The notes beneath the pieces are model-generated. The model ran no database searches, was not told the origin of the DNA, and saw only the letters and a program-made list of their open reading frames with translations. Shown piece by piece: positions 51,601 to 64,000 of a stretch of 64,000 nt of DNA (the first letter of the stretch is position 1; every line of letters starts with the position of its first letter). This DNA comes from Podarcis pityusensis. Its lineage: Eukaryota. Both the position numbers and the translations under genes were made by a program. The stretch lies in assembly GCA_964106645.2 (NCBI GenBank), contig OZ067039.1, one strand, 5' to 3'.

Positions 51601-54600
51601 TGGGTGAGGCCACTCACATGGGTCTTTCCCAACTGATCTGCCTTCTTCAGCTCCAAAACATAGCCAAGTCCTATTGAAATCAATAAAAAAGACTTAAATT
51701 AGCCATACCATACCTAACCTATTCTACCGATTTCAACAGGATACAGGAGACATTTAATTTCTGGAGCAGGGACATTTTATTTATGTGAGTAAAAAACAAC
51801 AACCCTGCAGATTAAATCTTAAAGTCAGTTGTGGTGTTAATGATGGAATTAATCTCATTACACATAAACACACACAAAACCCCATAATCCCTGCCTCCTC
51901 TGATGTTGCTTAATTGCTGGGCTCACTGTCTTAAACACTATGACTTTTGTTTATATGGGGTTTGTATGTATAAAAATTAACCAACACAAAGTTTCTGGTT
52001 GTTTTTTCTTTTAAGAACCATTTCAAATTCTTTCCCAACAATTCCCACTCCCAAGCAAACCCATGATAATATAGATAACTTCATACATATTGGTATAGAA
52101 TTCAATAGCAAAACTGAAAACAGGCAATGTCCTTAGATTCAATAATCTCCCTGAGAGTTAGTACATTTAAAAATAAGCTCTTAAAGACGAATCAAACTGA
52201 GCTTTGTCTGCAGACTATAATCATTCTCTAAAATTCTTGCTATTTGATTTCCTGTTTGTCTGGAGAGAAAAATATTAAAATCAGAAAAGGGTGAGGTACA
52301 AAAATACCATTTATTATTGTAACTAAAGGTGGAAAACCTGAAGCAGCAGCAATTGGAAACACACCTACAATTTTGTCAGATTCTCAATAGCATTTGAAGG
52401 AAAAATGAATCCTTTGTAGTAAAGCCCTTAGAAAAATACTAGAGCCATGCCAGAGAAGCAGAATGAAGTGGTGCCTTCAGAGGCAATGAAAAGTTGCAGT
52501 GTCATCTATTTCATGATAACTCAGCTTCACCTCCTGTTGAACCATTTGTGTCCCCGTCCCCCCCATTGCCCATGTAAGATTCAGGAACTAGGAAAAGATG
52601 GCAAAGCTACATGAATTTTGACCAAGCAAGTCTCACAAGCTTTTTTGTTCCATTCTGCAACAGTGCAGAACTAACACAATCCAAAGCCACGACAGGTTCT
52701 CTTGAGTTCTCTATCAAGACACAGGATAAATGCTGTAATTCATTTCTCATTACATTTTCTGGGGGAGAAATAATAAATGTACCTACAATGTTGGCTGACC
52801 AAAACATTAATTAATAGGCCTCCTGTCCTCACCTCTGTGAAAATTACTTTGTTTATAACTTCTAATGGCTTTAAACTCTACCGGATAAAATATAATGATT
52901 AATATCTGCTATGCCATATAACAAGAACATACAATAGGTTATTTTATACAATAGTATATATAATTTTGATACAGTGGTATGCGTCAGCAGTAGGCTCAAT
53001 CAACAACAGTCTGGACCCAGCCTTATTGTGGATTTGTCTCGGAAGGTGCAGCTTTCCATCTCTGTTTCATTTAAATCATTTTTTTTTAAAGATCAGTAAG
53101 CTACATACAATTATCTACTAATCTTAGTGGCAGCTCCACATACTAAACTGCAAAGACTGCAGGAATTTTCGTATCAACTGACTTTATCCTTTTAATTCTA
53201 GTCAGAGTATATATATTGCAGCCAGCAAAGGTGACCCATGCATAGAATCCAGCTTCCACCTTTTTGGATGTCATTGCATGTATACATAATGATGGTGCAT
53301 GAGAAAGTAAAAAGCACACAGAAAATCCAATGCCAAATTTGCAAGACACTGTGAAGCACAGAAGTAGCTAATGTAGCCCCCCCCCCCCCAGCTGTTGCTG
53401 GACTCCATCTCCCATCAGTCCCAGCCAGCATGGCCAACGGTTGGGAATGATGGGAATTCCACCCAGCATATATATTTCCCAAGCTCATCAGATTCACCAG
53501 TTCCCTCACAACAAAAGCAGTAAAATTAAATAGCTATGCACATTTATGAAGGGCTATGCTCTCCTATCCAAACATGAATAACCTTAATGTGACTTCAAGA
53601 TGTTATTAACGTTTATCTGAACAGAAAACAAGGCACAGCATATCTATTTGAGCTCAGAGGCTGGGGGAATATTGTTTTCCAATATACATTTTTATTAGAC
53701 ACTGTTTAAAAGTAATGCAAGAATCTAGTATAAAGGAAAGTAGAAAAGGTAGTTAACATGGGGGGGGGGGGGTGTTCACTTTCAGTTTGGCAACCCCAGC
53801 CTCCTTAATACTTCCCCAGTTCAGTAGCTTGCACTGCTGAACCAAAAATAAAATGTTAAAAACTCAAGTGCAGGCGTGGCTTTCATCTTAACATTATTTG
53901 GGAACATGAATTAGGCATGCCATATCACTACCAACTGGTGCTTGAACTGTGGAATACATGCCATGGTTCATCCTTACTACTTCTGGTGAAGTATGCATTT
54001 CCACTTCTCAATATTAGTAATATAAAATGTGAATTCAAAGGGTTTACTATTCCACCAGTGAGAAGGGTCATAAGAAACCAAATGTAACATAATCTAATAC
54101 ATTATGGATCAGAGCAGAGATTTACTTCATCTAAATCAGTGGCATTCAGTATGTGCATTTGATTACAGAATGTGGCCATAGTCAGCTCATGCTATATACT
54201 GTTGCATGATATTTGCCTTCATCTGATAAGTTACGTTGTGCAAAGCTCTCAGCCTAAGTGAAAAAGCTCAAGTGCTTATTGAAAAAGATTCCTAAAATCA
54301 ATGCCAAGCAAATGGTTGCATATTTCTACATATCAGAAACATCATTTGGAACAGCATCTTCATTCTTTATGTTAGGGTGGATGGTTTTGACCATTTTCAC
54401 AAACTACAACTCAAAATAGTGTTGTTGTTTTTCAGTCAATCACCATGCAATAAACTTACTTTGTTAGCTCAACAAAGCATCCAGTCTGCAATTCAGCATA
54501 CACTAATCACAACAGTGTAATTCAATGTTGTGGGAGCAGGGCCCTGTTCAGACAGCAAGACTTCCCCTTCGTCTCCTCCCACACCCATGTTCCCCCAAAA

Positions 54601-56855
54601 TCTGCTCCAAAGGGAGATGGGAGGTGTGTATGATTTTATGCTGTGAACCTCCCTGAGATCTACAGGGCAGAATACAAATTTAATAAATAATAATAATAAT
54701 AATAACAGGTGACTATGGAGTGGGAGGAGCAAAAGTTGAAATCCTGTTGTGCAAGTGAACATCTGTTGGAGTCAATCCAGTATCTTTTCAAGGATTAAAA
54801 AATGACTTGAGTACTTATTTGAATACATGCTGTATCATTTTCAATTCTTCACAGCTCACTGAAAAGGGACAGGTCTCAGGACTATCCATGATTCAGGGGC
54901 ATGTCAGGCTTCTTGGAAATCTATGTATTCTTCAGATCGTAAATTCCCTTAATTTGCCCCCAGCACAGCTCCAATTCACCTCTAGCACACACCCTTTTCA
55001 GCCCTACGGATCAGTAACATTAGTGGAGCAAGTACCACGGAGGTTTCTGCAATGGCATCCAACATCAGTTCTCCCTCTCTCAGAGAAGAAGGTCTGATGC
55101 CTCCCATGGACCATGATATCGCGGGGTTGATCTTGCTATTTAAGAAAACAAACAACCCTCGCCATAATTACGCCTGTTGGTTTTCTGGAAATGCCTATAC
55201 AATAAAAAGGTTGATTTGAAAACAAATCTTGATAATCCAATGGAACTATTTTATAAACCCGTAAACCAGAATATCAACAACATTGGTAATCAGAATCTTT
55301 GTCAAATTCTTGGCCACCATATTTGTTCATATTTAATACAAAAGTCAACATGGTTAATGCAAGTATCATTATATTCATATTTCAGAGTTCTTATTGCTTT
55401 CTCCCCACCCCATTTCACAGCATGCCTCAAGAAAAAAAAGTGATACTCCAGATCATTAAAATGTTAAAGAAATAAGGCCTTTAATGCAGTATAGAGTAGA
55501 GCCACTGGCTCTTATATCCCACAGCAGAATTACCTATTCTATTTCTCCCTTATGACAATCTAAAGCTTTTAACTTGCCTACAGCTTGACTTAAATTTCAG
55601 GTTCCATTGGAAGCTAAAATACTGCATTTCCTTCAAATTACTGACCTTCCAAAAAGTTATGGGCAATGAAAAAAAAAACCCTCCAGCACCAAAAAGAACA
55701 AGGTTACTCTGCAGTCTTCAAGCCAATCATTCCCTGTATTTAAATGACTTTCAAGGAAGTAAGCTTTGAGGGATGCATCCTATTCTTTTCATGATACTTT
55801 ACAAAAATATATATATTTTGGAGCCTTGTTAGGTTTTTGTATTGCGCTTCAGTGTGTTCTTTTTACAGATTTCACAAAAGGTAACATCTGTTCACTTCTA
55901 GCCTCCTTTGTGCTTTGAATTCTTTCACACCTGATTTAAAACTACATTGTGTCCGCAATCCAGCACAGAATTAGGTGAGATAAACCCATTGATTTCAGTG
56001 GAGTTAAAACATAGCTAAGGGACAATTCTATGCACACTAGAATATGTTGCATTGATTTAGTAGGACTTCCAAGTGAACGTACGTAGGATCAAACCTTCGC
56101 CTCTGTGTTGAATTGTTGCCTATGTGTTTATATGTAACAGTACTTCACATGCAACAGTCATATAAGAAGCAACACAATCTGCTAGTCAGTACTTCAATAT
56201 TAGAAATTTCATACCATTTTCTCCAGGTAGCAAATGACATAGAACACCAGCCAGCCAAAGTTAAGACGTTTAAGTCACACTGATGTTAGTTAATGGCAGT
56301 GTCAAGCATGTGGTTAATTTTCTCCCACTAAAATCAATGGGAACTCATTAAATTTGGCCGGATTGTGTCCACTAAATCTAGGGTCATTATTTGCAACAGA
56401 CCACCAGAACTCCCAGTATTAGACTCTCTTTTTTTCCATAGAAATTTGATGGCTTTCACTGCAGACTCTTCTTTCTGCCATTCAGTTTTCTTTTATTGCA
56501 CAGACTGCTTTGTACTGTTAATACACATCAAAGAGCCCTTTCTACAGTAGGTGGTATTTGGTCTTTTTATACTTTTCTCAATGCTGCTGATGTCCGTTAC
56601 TGTTTAATGTGTAGCGTTGTAAGGAGAGATCCAGATATTAAGTGTTTAAGTTTTATGTCCCTACTGTAGATGGAATGTACAATATCATAGTTAATTAGAG
56701 TAGCATAGTAAATTATGAATGCTTTTTCCCCCATGAAGATTTAAATGGAATGTGAACATGTTGCTGATTTCCTTGGTTAATTGTAAATGCTGAATTGTAG
56801 TACTAAGTAGTTGCATTTTTGTCTGTCTCAATAAATTTTAATTTGTCTGCGAGTC
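48678..56855 (+). other. SPOCK1: Putative long SPOCK1 3' UTR
   Basis: Follows the stop codon; U-rich terminal block 56400-56850 ends in AATAAA with upstream TGTA and a downstream GU/U-rich tract. The end point is inferred; several earlier AATAAA exist. Confidence 0.5.
56830..56835 (+). terminator. Candidate distal polyadenylation signal of SPOCK1
   Basis: AATAAA in tctcAATAAAttttaatttgtctgc; TGTA motifs about 35-50 nt upstream; ttgtctgacttctgttttgtt about 25-45 nt downstream. Confidence 0.55.
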
Positions 56856-57228
56856 CCCATTGTCTGACTTCTGTTTTGTTAAATTTCTGGAATATAATGA
56901 AGTAGCATTCACCACTTTGTCTAGAGTGAAAAATATGCTCTAATGTAGTGGTATGAAGTAAAGATAGGCAAGATCTGGACCAAACTACCCTCCAAGTTAT
57001 AGCAATCCATGCCTCGCTTAACCTGGAAGACAGATGGAGACCCTTTTACTACCTCTGCTACAATTTGTTGGCACTTTGTGAAATTGAACATATCTACACT
57101 GGCCTTTATTTAACTATGCATACCAACATCACTAGAACTGCTCCATGCATGTAGCTCTGGTGAAACAGACTGGGGGAACTCCCTTATACTGAGTCAAACC
57201 ATTACTTTATCAAGCTCAGTACTGTGTA

Positions 57229-57583
57229 CAGTGGTGCCTCGCAAGACGAAATTAATTCATTCTGCGAGTTTCTTCGTCTTGCGGTTTTTTTCGTCTTGCG
57301 AAGCACGGTGTCGGAAAAGTTTTGTAAAAGCTTCAAAAATCACCAAAGTCTTCAAAAACCTCAAAAAAGGCTACCACACCGCGTGCTATGAGTTGCTCCT
57401 CGAAGTCAAGTCGCAACTGTATTAACGGTTTTAAGAAAAAGGAAACAAACTTGCAAGACGTTTCCGTCTTGCGAAGCAAGCCCATAGGGAAAATCGTCTT
57501 GCGAAGCAACTCAAAAAACCAAAAACCCTTTCGTTTTGCGAGTTTTCCGTCTTGCGAGGCATTCGTCTTGCGAGGTACCACTG
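57229..57583. mobile_element. Tc1/mariner (pogo/Tigger-like) MITE, young
   Basis: TIRs cagtggtgcctcgcaagacgaa / ttcgtcttgcgaggtaccactg; TA TSD; about nine CGTCTTGCG-like motifs; inserted in an old SINE tail. Confidence 0.9.
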
Positions 57584-57939
57584 TATAATGACTGTTCTGG
57601 CAGCTTCTCTACCCACAAATAGGGCTGATAGTTTTCACATCCCTCTAGCTTATACATAAGGCTTTCTTTAGCTGGACTGAAGTTAATGCCTTTTTTAAAA
57701 AAAACACTTTAAGAATCCCCCACTAGGAAGATTAGCATTGCAAGGGAAAACCTATGCTGCATTACCAGCTTATAATGAAAATAGTATAACTAAAGTACTG
57801 GGTGCACATGAACTGCACAGAATGACTTCACGATCTGTGCTGGAGAAAGCCAATTCCTCTCACCTGGAAATTAATTGCTAGTGGGTAAAACCCACCCACC
57901 TTGATTGATAAAAGGCATGTTATTCAAAGCAGGAGGAAA

Positions 57940-58050
57940 GGGCTCTAGCTCAAGTGTGTGATTTGCATGCAAAAGCTCACAGGTTCAATTCCCTTGGCAT
58001 ATCCAAGTAAAGTTGGGAAAGTGTATGTCTATAACCCTAGAAAGCAATTG
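57940..58050 (+). mobile_element. Old tRNA-derived SINE head (Squam2-like)
   Basis: gggctctagctcaagtg..tttgcatgcaaaagctcacaggttcaattccc with A/B-box remnants. Confidence 0.5.
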
Positions 58051-61000
58051 CCAAACACTCTGAGGGTTCTCCCGATCCTCCAGAGTGCTGTGCATTCTTG
58101 GCTAAAAATTTTAAAGCTTGCTGACATCTTTCACATGGCGGCTTTTTCCCTGTTGCGGGTTGTTAGAAGCCTCCTTTACAGGTTTCTAAGAGGTCTTACA
58201 ATGTGAAGCTATCTAAAACACTGCCTGCCTGAAGAATTTGGGGAGCAACGTAGGATTAAAAAGAAAAGCTTAAATGAAATTTTGAACTTAAAACACAATG
58301 ATGGAGGTTTTTGTTTTTTTAACAACGAACAATTTAGATATCCTCTGTGCTCTGCAAGCAACATTTTCAACAGCCTCACTTTTTGCAAAGTCCATGGACG
58401 AAAAGGTAATACAGGGAAATACAGAACAGTTTTGACACAGAAAAGTACAGAAACAGAACCATCGCTCTGGTCAAGCCCCAATCTGACCAAAAACTATCCA
58501 GTTGTCAATGGGTTTTACATGCATGCTCACCTACATGTACAGAGGAAAAATAGGTAAAACATATTTACCTCCTATTAATAATTACAAAATATAACTGACT
58601 ATTTTGCTGGCTGTTAGTTTGTTTGAATATTTGAAATCATTTTATAAAATTGAAAAAACAAGTCTCAGCACTAAGCAGTTTAGATCTGTGGTGGACCCAG
58701 CAATGGGAAAGACAGGATTTATTGCAGGTCAGGCCAGCTCTGCAGCAACAGCCCCACTGCTTGCCAGCACCCACTTGATTCTGCTCCTCCTCAGAGAAGC
58801 CTGGCTTGCTGCCCACAGATCTTAGGTTGGCACAGCAGTGCTAAAAACAAATTCCGGCAACTAATGAAGAGCTACAGTGGCCTGGCTAGTGGTTTTGATA
58901 GCAGTGGTGGCAGTTGCAGGTAGGTAACTGGCTATTCGGCAGACCGTTTCATGGGTCCCTTGTGTGTGTTTATGTAGGAGACAAAGACTGAAGCCCTTTC
59001 CAAGAATTCTATACTTGCCTCAAACAAAACACATGAGGGAGGAAGTGGAGACATGTGCCTAATTCCACTCCACCATTCTTTTGGTTGCCCTCCAACTCAG
59101 GGAGTGCCCTGCTTCTGCCCCTCTTTCATCGTTCTGGAAAACCAGAGTTTTAAAGCATGTGGAGAGCTCTCAGGAGTACAGGAGGCTCCCAACTTCAGAA
59201 TTTTCTTCACTGTGATTTGGAGAATGACCTAAACAATGATGGAGGCAGACCTAACACACTCATCCCAACATGGTACCTTCCATATGTTTTGAACTACAAT
59301 TCCTATTAGCCCGACTCAGCATGGCCAATGGTCAAGGATGCTGGGATTCGTAGCCCAAAATATCTGGAGGTCACCACACTGATGACCTCTGCTACAGTCA
59401 GTCCTTGTTTCTTTCAGGGGGCTATTTTCTTGATTTCATCACACTGGGATGTATTATAAGCACAAAATTAAAAATAAATATTACCTTCTTGTGAGCTTCA
59501 TTGATAAAACTTAGTCATAAACTCACCTTCAGTTTTGTTCTTAGCTGTTTTTCAGCTGTTAGTAACAAAATTACATGTCAAATATATGTAAATTGCCAAA
59601 CTGTAAGAGCATCCAAACTGCTCCCCAAAGCAAAAACCTGTCAAAGCTGTTCAAAATGTTTGTTATATTGTACTAAAGAGATTTGCTACTCTCACATTCT
59701 AGAATGATTCCAATGGAGAAGCCCAAACCACAACAATTGTGAGAACCTAATTAGGGATTAAATAAAGGTTCTTTCAAATACATATAGTGAATTTTGTTAC
59801 AGGCACAGAGCCTTTAGGGGGAATTAAATGTTACACTAAGGCAAATTATTCTGTCAGGGCAAGAATTTGGGCTTGCCAGACAGAGCGATCCCCCCTTCTT
59901 CCCTGCCATGCTCTTCCAGCAGTTGTCCTCACCCCAATCCTGGGGGGCACAGGGGCGCACCAGGAGGGGGAGAACTCATTAGTTGAATGCCATCCTTTGT
60001 CATGAAAAGTGATGGAAATATTGAGGTTAGTTATGCACACAAAAGCCAGCATCAAATCAGCAGTCTATACTGGTTGTCCATACCACCATACCACTAATTA
60101 TATACTGGGCAAAAACTACTATGGAATCAATACAAGCCCTCTGTGCTACATGCCGACTAATGTTTGCCGCCTTCCACAGATGTTTTTGTTAAAAGAAAAA
60201 AATACTCTTTGGGAGATGGTAACATGCATCTATTGTGTAAGGTCTAGTTTGCCTAATTAGCAATGCACTCATATACATGTCTACTCAGACGTAAGTCTCA
60301 CTGAGTTCAAGTTAGTAAATATAGGACTGAGGCTTCGTTCACTTAAAGCAGCTGCATTAGAGAGACTAGCCAAAGCGCCAATCAATTCTTTCTCTACCAA
60401 CTACTTTTCATGCAGAAACTAGCAAAAAGCGGCACTGATTGATTGGACATTGACAGAAGCAAAAGGAACTGACAGCACCTTTGCTTTTATTATGCAAGCT
60501 AAGTTATTTAAGGAGAGACGCCAAGGGCTAAATCAGACACTTGCCGGCTCGTGCCTGACATTTAGAAAAGCCCACAAGAAAGTTCCCTCATTCTTATTCT
60601 CGTCCTGAATGCTCTTCCAATACTTTTCCAAGCTGGGGTTTCCCTGAAGGAGCAGCATGCCTTAGCTTAACAAAATGCACTGATTATTTCCAGCTTGTCA
60701 GTCTGTAATTTGAATTTATTGTTTGTGGGTTTTATTTACAAATGCTCATTACTCTCCCATTTTCCTCATCTATCCTCTAAGTTCCCTTCCAGCTTTTTCA
60801 ATTATTTCCCCATATTGTCAGTTTATCAATTATATCACTAAGATTCATTCTTGGTGAACACAATTTGTTCCTATTGCATGAATTTTGACAGCATGATTCA
60901 TTCTGGAGCTCAGTATGGAATTCAAAGACATGGTGCTTTTAGAGCAAAACAAATATGCAGGAAACCTTTTCCCCTTGAATGAAACATGTTGGCAGGATAC

Positions 61001-61255
61001 ATCAGGGGGAAAACTGTCTACATTCACACCACACTTTAAAGCAACAGAAATAGAGTAATCTCTGATCATATTCATTTCATTGCCATATCTAGCTCCCTTT
61101 AGTGTAGTAGGGTTGTGGTTTGGTATGCAGCATTATGCTAAAGTGCAAGTCCCACAATCTATTTGCCACCCATCTCCAGGTGAAAAAGATAGAGAAAGCA
61201 TCATCAGGCTCTTCAAGAGTTCAGAACATCTCCCCTTGAAGTATAGGAAAAGCAT

Positions 61256-61295
61256 TTGGTTGGTTGGTTGGTTGGTTGGTTGGTTGGTTGGTTGG
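61256..61295. repeat. (TTGG)n tetranucleotide microsatellite; also (TTGG)n near 20333-20357 and (GTTA)n near 24260-24287
   Basis: Direct reading. Confidence 0.9.
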
Positions 61296-61676
61296 TTTTT
61301 TAAAATTTTGACAGACTAAGGGAGAACATAAACAGAAGTTTGAAAAATTAAGAACCGTAAAAATAATAGATTTCTTATTTTCTCTCAGACTACTACAACT
61401 TAGGGTCACTCAATGAAAATGATTCTCAGTCTTGACCTTACTGTCAACTTGTCAGTCTTATTTCATTTATTTTATAAATATGTGTGTTTTCCCTTCCAAA
61501 AGTTTAAAGCAGCTTACAAAATATTTATTTAAAATCTATTGAAGATGAAAATACTCTTGTCATTAAGACGGGTTACCAAAAAGAACCCAAACAGCTGTGG
61601 GAATGTGGCGAACTCGATCTACGGTTGGAAAATGAGAAAATTGGGAAAATCAAGACCGGCAGATTTGTCCACCTCT

Positions 61677-62020
61677 GTTGTTGTTGTTGTTTAGTCGTTT
61701 ATTCGTGTCCAACTCTTCGTGACCCCATGGACCAGAGCACGCCAGGCACTCCTGTCTTCCACTGCCTCCCGCAGTTTGGTCAGACGCATGTTTGTAGCTT
61801 CGAGAACACTGTACAACCATCTCATCCTCTGTCATCCCCTTCTCCTTGTGCCCTCCATCTTTCCCAGCATCAGGGTCTTTTCCAGGGAGTCTTCTCTTCT
61901 CATGAGGTGGCCAAAGCATTGGAGCCTCAGCTTCGCAATCTGTCCTTCCAGTGAGCACTCAGGGCTGATTTCCTTAAGAATGGATACGTTTGATCTTCTT
62001 GCAGTCCATGGGACTCTCAG
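61677..62020 (-). mobile_element. RTE-BovB LINE 3' end (5'-truncated)
   Basis: Minus strand LRVPWTARRSNVSILKEISPECSLEGQIAKLRLQCFGHLMRREDSLEKTLMLGKMEGTRRRG*QRMRWL..AWRALVHGVTKSWTR; (CAA)n tail; 8-bp TSD ccacctct (61669-76, 62021-28). Confidence 0.93.
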
Positions 62021-62299
62021 CCACCTCTAGGGCAGAGCTAAAGTGCTCCTTCTCATGTGGTCACTTCTCCTGTAGTTTTCACATGAAGAGGGTATATAAT
62101 ACCATGTTCAGTTAACTAATGCAATTCAGTAGCACAAGATGTGAAAATAACCATTAACTTAAATTGCTCTTTAAAAAAAAAAAAATCATTTATAGGAAAA
62201 AGGTATATCACTGGCTATTGGTGATTTAACCATTATAACTAAATGGAGCCACCAATGTCTGAATGGTAGATGCTGGGGGCAGCCAAAAGAGTTCAGCTC

Positions 62300-62642
62300 T
62301 TCATCTGAGGATCACAGGATGGTTTACAAAATAAAACCAAAAGTATACATAACATAGTAACAAATAAAAACAATACCCATCCCCAAGTTTAAAAGTCCAT
62401 AGGTTGTTTAATTAGCTAAATGCCTGGGAGAAGAGGGATGTTTTTGCCTAGCACCTAAAGATAGGCAACCAAGGCACCAGGTGAGCCTCCCTGCAAAGAA
62501 CATCCCACAAATGGAACCACCACAGAAAAGGCCCATTTTCATATTGCTACCTTCCAGACCTCTCACGGAAGAGGCACATGAAGAAAAGCCTCAAATGGTT
62601 ATCACAGGGTCCAAGTTGGTTCATATGGGGGGAGGTGGTCCT
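62300..62642 (-). mobile_element. Degraded L2 LINE 3' end
   Basis: Minus strand gggccttttctgtggtggttcc (RAFSVV-like motif), then 3' UTR ending tgtaaaccatcctgtgatcctcag; a related + strand tail lies near 54610-54705. Confidence 0.55.
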
Positions 62643-64000
62643 CTGCTGTTTGACTTCAGTCCCTATTCCCTGACCATGCTGGCTAGGGCTGATGGGAGTT
62701 GGAGTCAAACACCACATTGTCCATTCCTGGACTAGATGGACCTTAGCCTATACAAGCAAAACATGCTTCACTGGTTGCTTTGACAAATGCTGTTATGCTT
62801 TCTAAGTAAGTTTCTTGCGTTATGACTTCGCTTACAAACTAACCCACACTTCTATAGTTCAGCTTTATTTCAAGTTACCAAAGTAACAGCCCAATAAGGT
62901 TTCACAGGGCTGAAAAATTATCCAAGCCTTTGAATTTCTTCAGATCAGATAAAGTTAAGATGAAGTGTGCTCCTTCGTTTAGTTATTCTCAATAAGGAAC
63001 ACCCAAGAGGATCTTTGTGTTTCATAACCAAGTGCTTTCTTTACAAAAGGAACACAAAAATGATGAGCTTCTCCTGCATACACACATTTTTTACATAGCT
63101 CTGGGTTTCAAGTGGGCTGACGACCGAAGTGCTTCCTAGCCTTGCATGTAACAATGACAATCGGACTTTTAGAATCTATAATTTCCTTTCCCCATATCAT
63201 GGGGTGTGTAGAACCTGGTAATTTGCAAGGATCAGGATGTGAAGGACTTTATCTTTCCCTGCTGCATTCATTTCCGCATTTCAAGTGGTTCAAGGCACGT
63301 GCTCTCTGCCTTTACGCATTTATTTAGATGGTGTGCATTTCTCTATATAGATCTTTCCCCACAACATTCATCCCAAGGCTGTGCAGTGTATGCAGCTGAT
63401 CTGGAGCTTGATGAAGCACAATAGGGAAAATCTTCAAAATGACTGTCGTACATGGCATCAGAGAAGCCATTTGTTAAGCTTTACATAAGGCTCTGGTCTC
63501 TCATGGCCAACTTTGATTGCTTTCCAGATGGGAATGAAAAAATAACCATTGAAATTCTCAGAGAAAGGGTGGGGAACACTTCAAAGAGCTAGCCAGTTGC
63601 ATTTTCCTCACTATTTCCTGATTCAAATCTGTCCTCGCCTCAAAGCTTCTCCTCTAGGTATTGCTGAAGAATGCTTTAAAACCTCTCTGTGTGCAAGCCC
63701 CTTTTATGTCCACAGAGCCTGAGCCAATGCAAGGCTTTGAAGATCACACTGCTTGGCTATTCAGAGGTAAATTGGGGGGAAATGTTTAAAAAATGAGAAA
63801 ACAGGTGATCAGCTGCTCTTTGCATTCGCCCGTCTCGAACGACTTGGGAAAAGGAAAGATAGAAATATACGGTTCTTTCCCAATTCTGTGACAGGCACAA
63901 CCATATACAACCCGAGTGGCTGCTGCTATTGATTTTGTTAACATTTTAAGAGGTAAAAGCTCAGTGTTTGATTGGGATTTAGCATTTGTTACCTTGTTTC

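Noticed and set aside
57229-57583. CRISPR-like repeat array
   Set aside because: Short irregularly spaced motifs within TIRs and a TA TSD in vertebrate DNA; these are transposon subterminal repeats.

Overview
Eukaryotic (vertebrate) genomic DNA, most likely a squamate and probably a lacertid lizard, inferred from the repeat content (Sauria SINE, Squam2/Squam3-like SINEs, RTE-BovB, CR1, L2, Penelope fragment, many MITEs). The window holds the 3' half of SPOCK1 (testican-1) on the + strand. There are five GT-AG coding exons (32567-32683, 41225-41446, 43756-43818, 46032-46169, 48487-48677; 731 nt spliced, all junctions phase 1), encoding the EC/EF-hand domain, the thyroglobulin type-1 domain and the acidic GAG-attachment tail. 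Bases 1-32566 are read as one large SPOCK1 intron, since I found no upstream exon. A long 3' UTR possibly runs to an AATAAA at 56830, followed by intergenic DNA. Nearly all ORFs in the supplied track are spurious or TE-derived. I found no convincing new multi-gene system. The most notable non-genic signals are: a 99-bp Penelope-type insertion with a 12-bp TSD carrying a minimal hammerhead ribozyme (minus strand, 20097-20134); a DNA-transposon MITE with a duplicated right end that has captured an L2 LINE tail; an array of palindromic modules at 3.9-4.3 kb; and an LTR-like element with promoter and polyA motifs. Family names rest on recalled consensus features, not on database searches.
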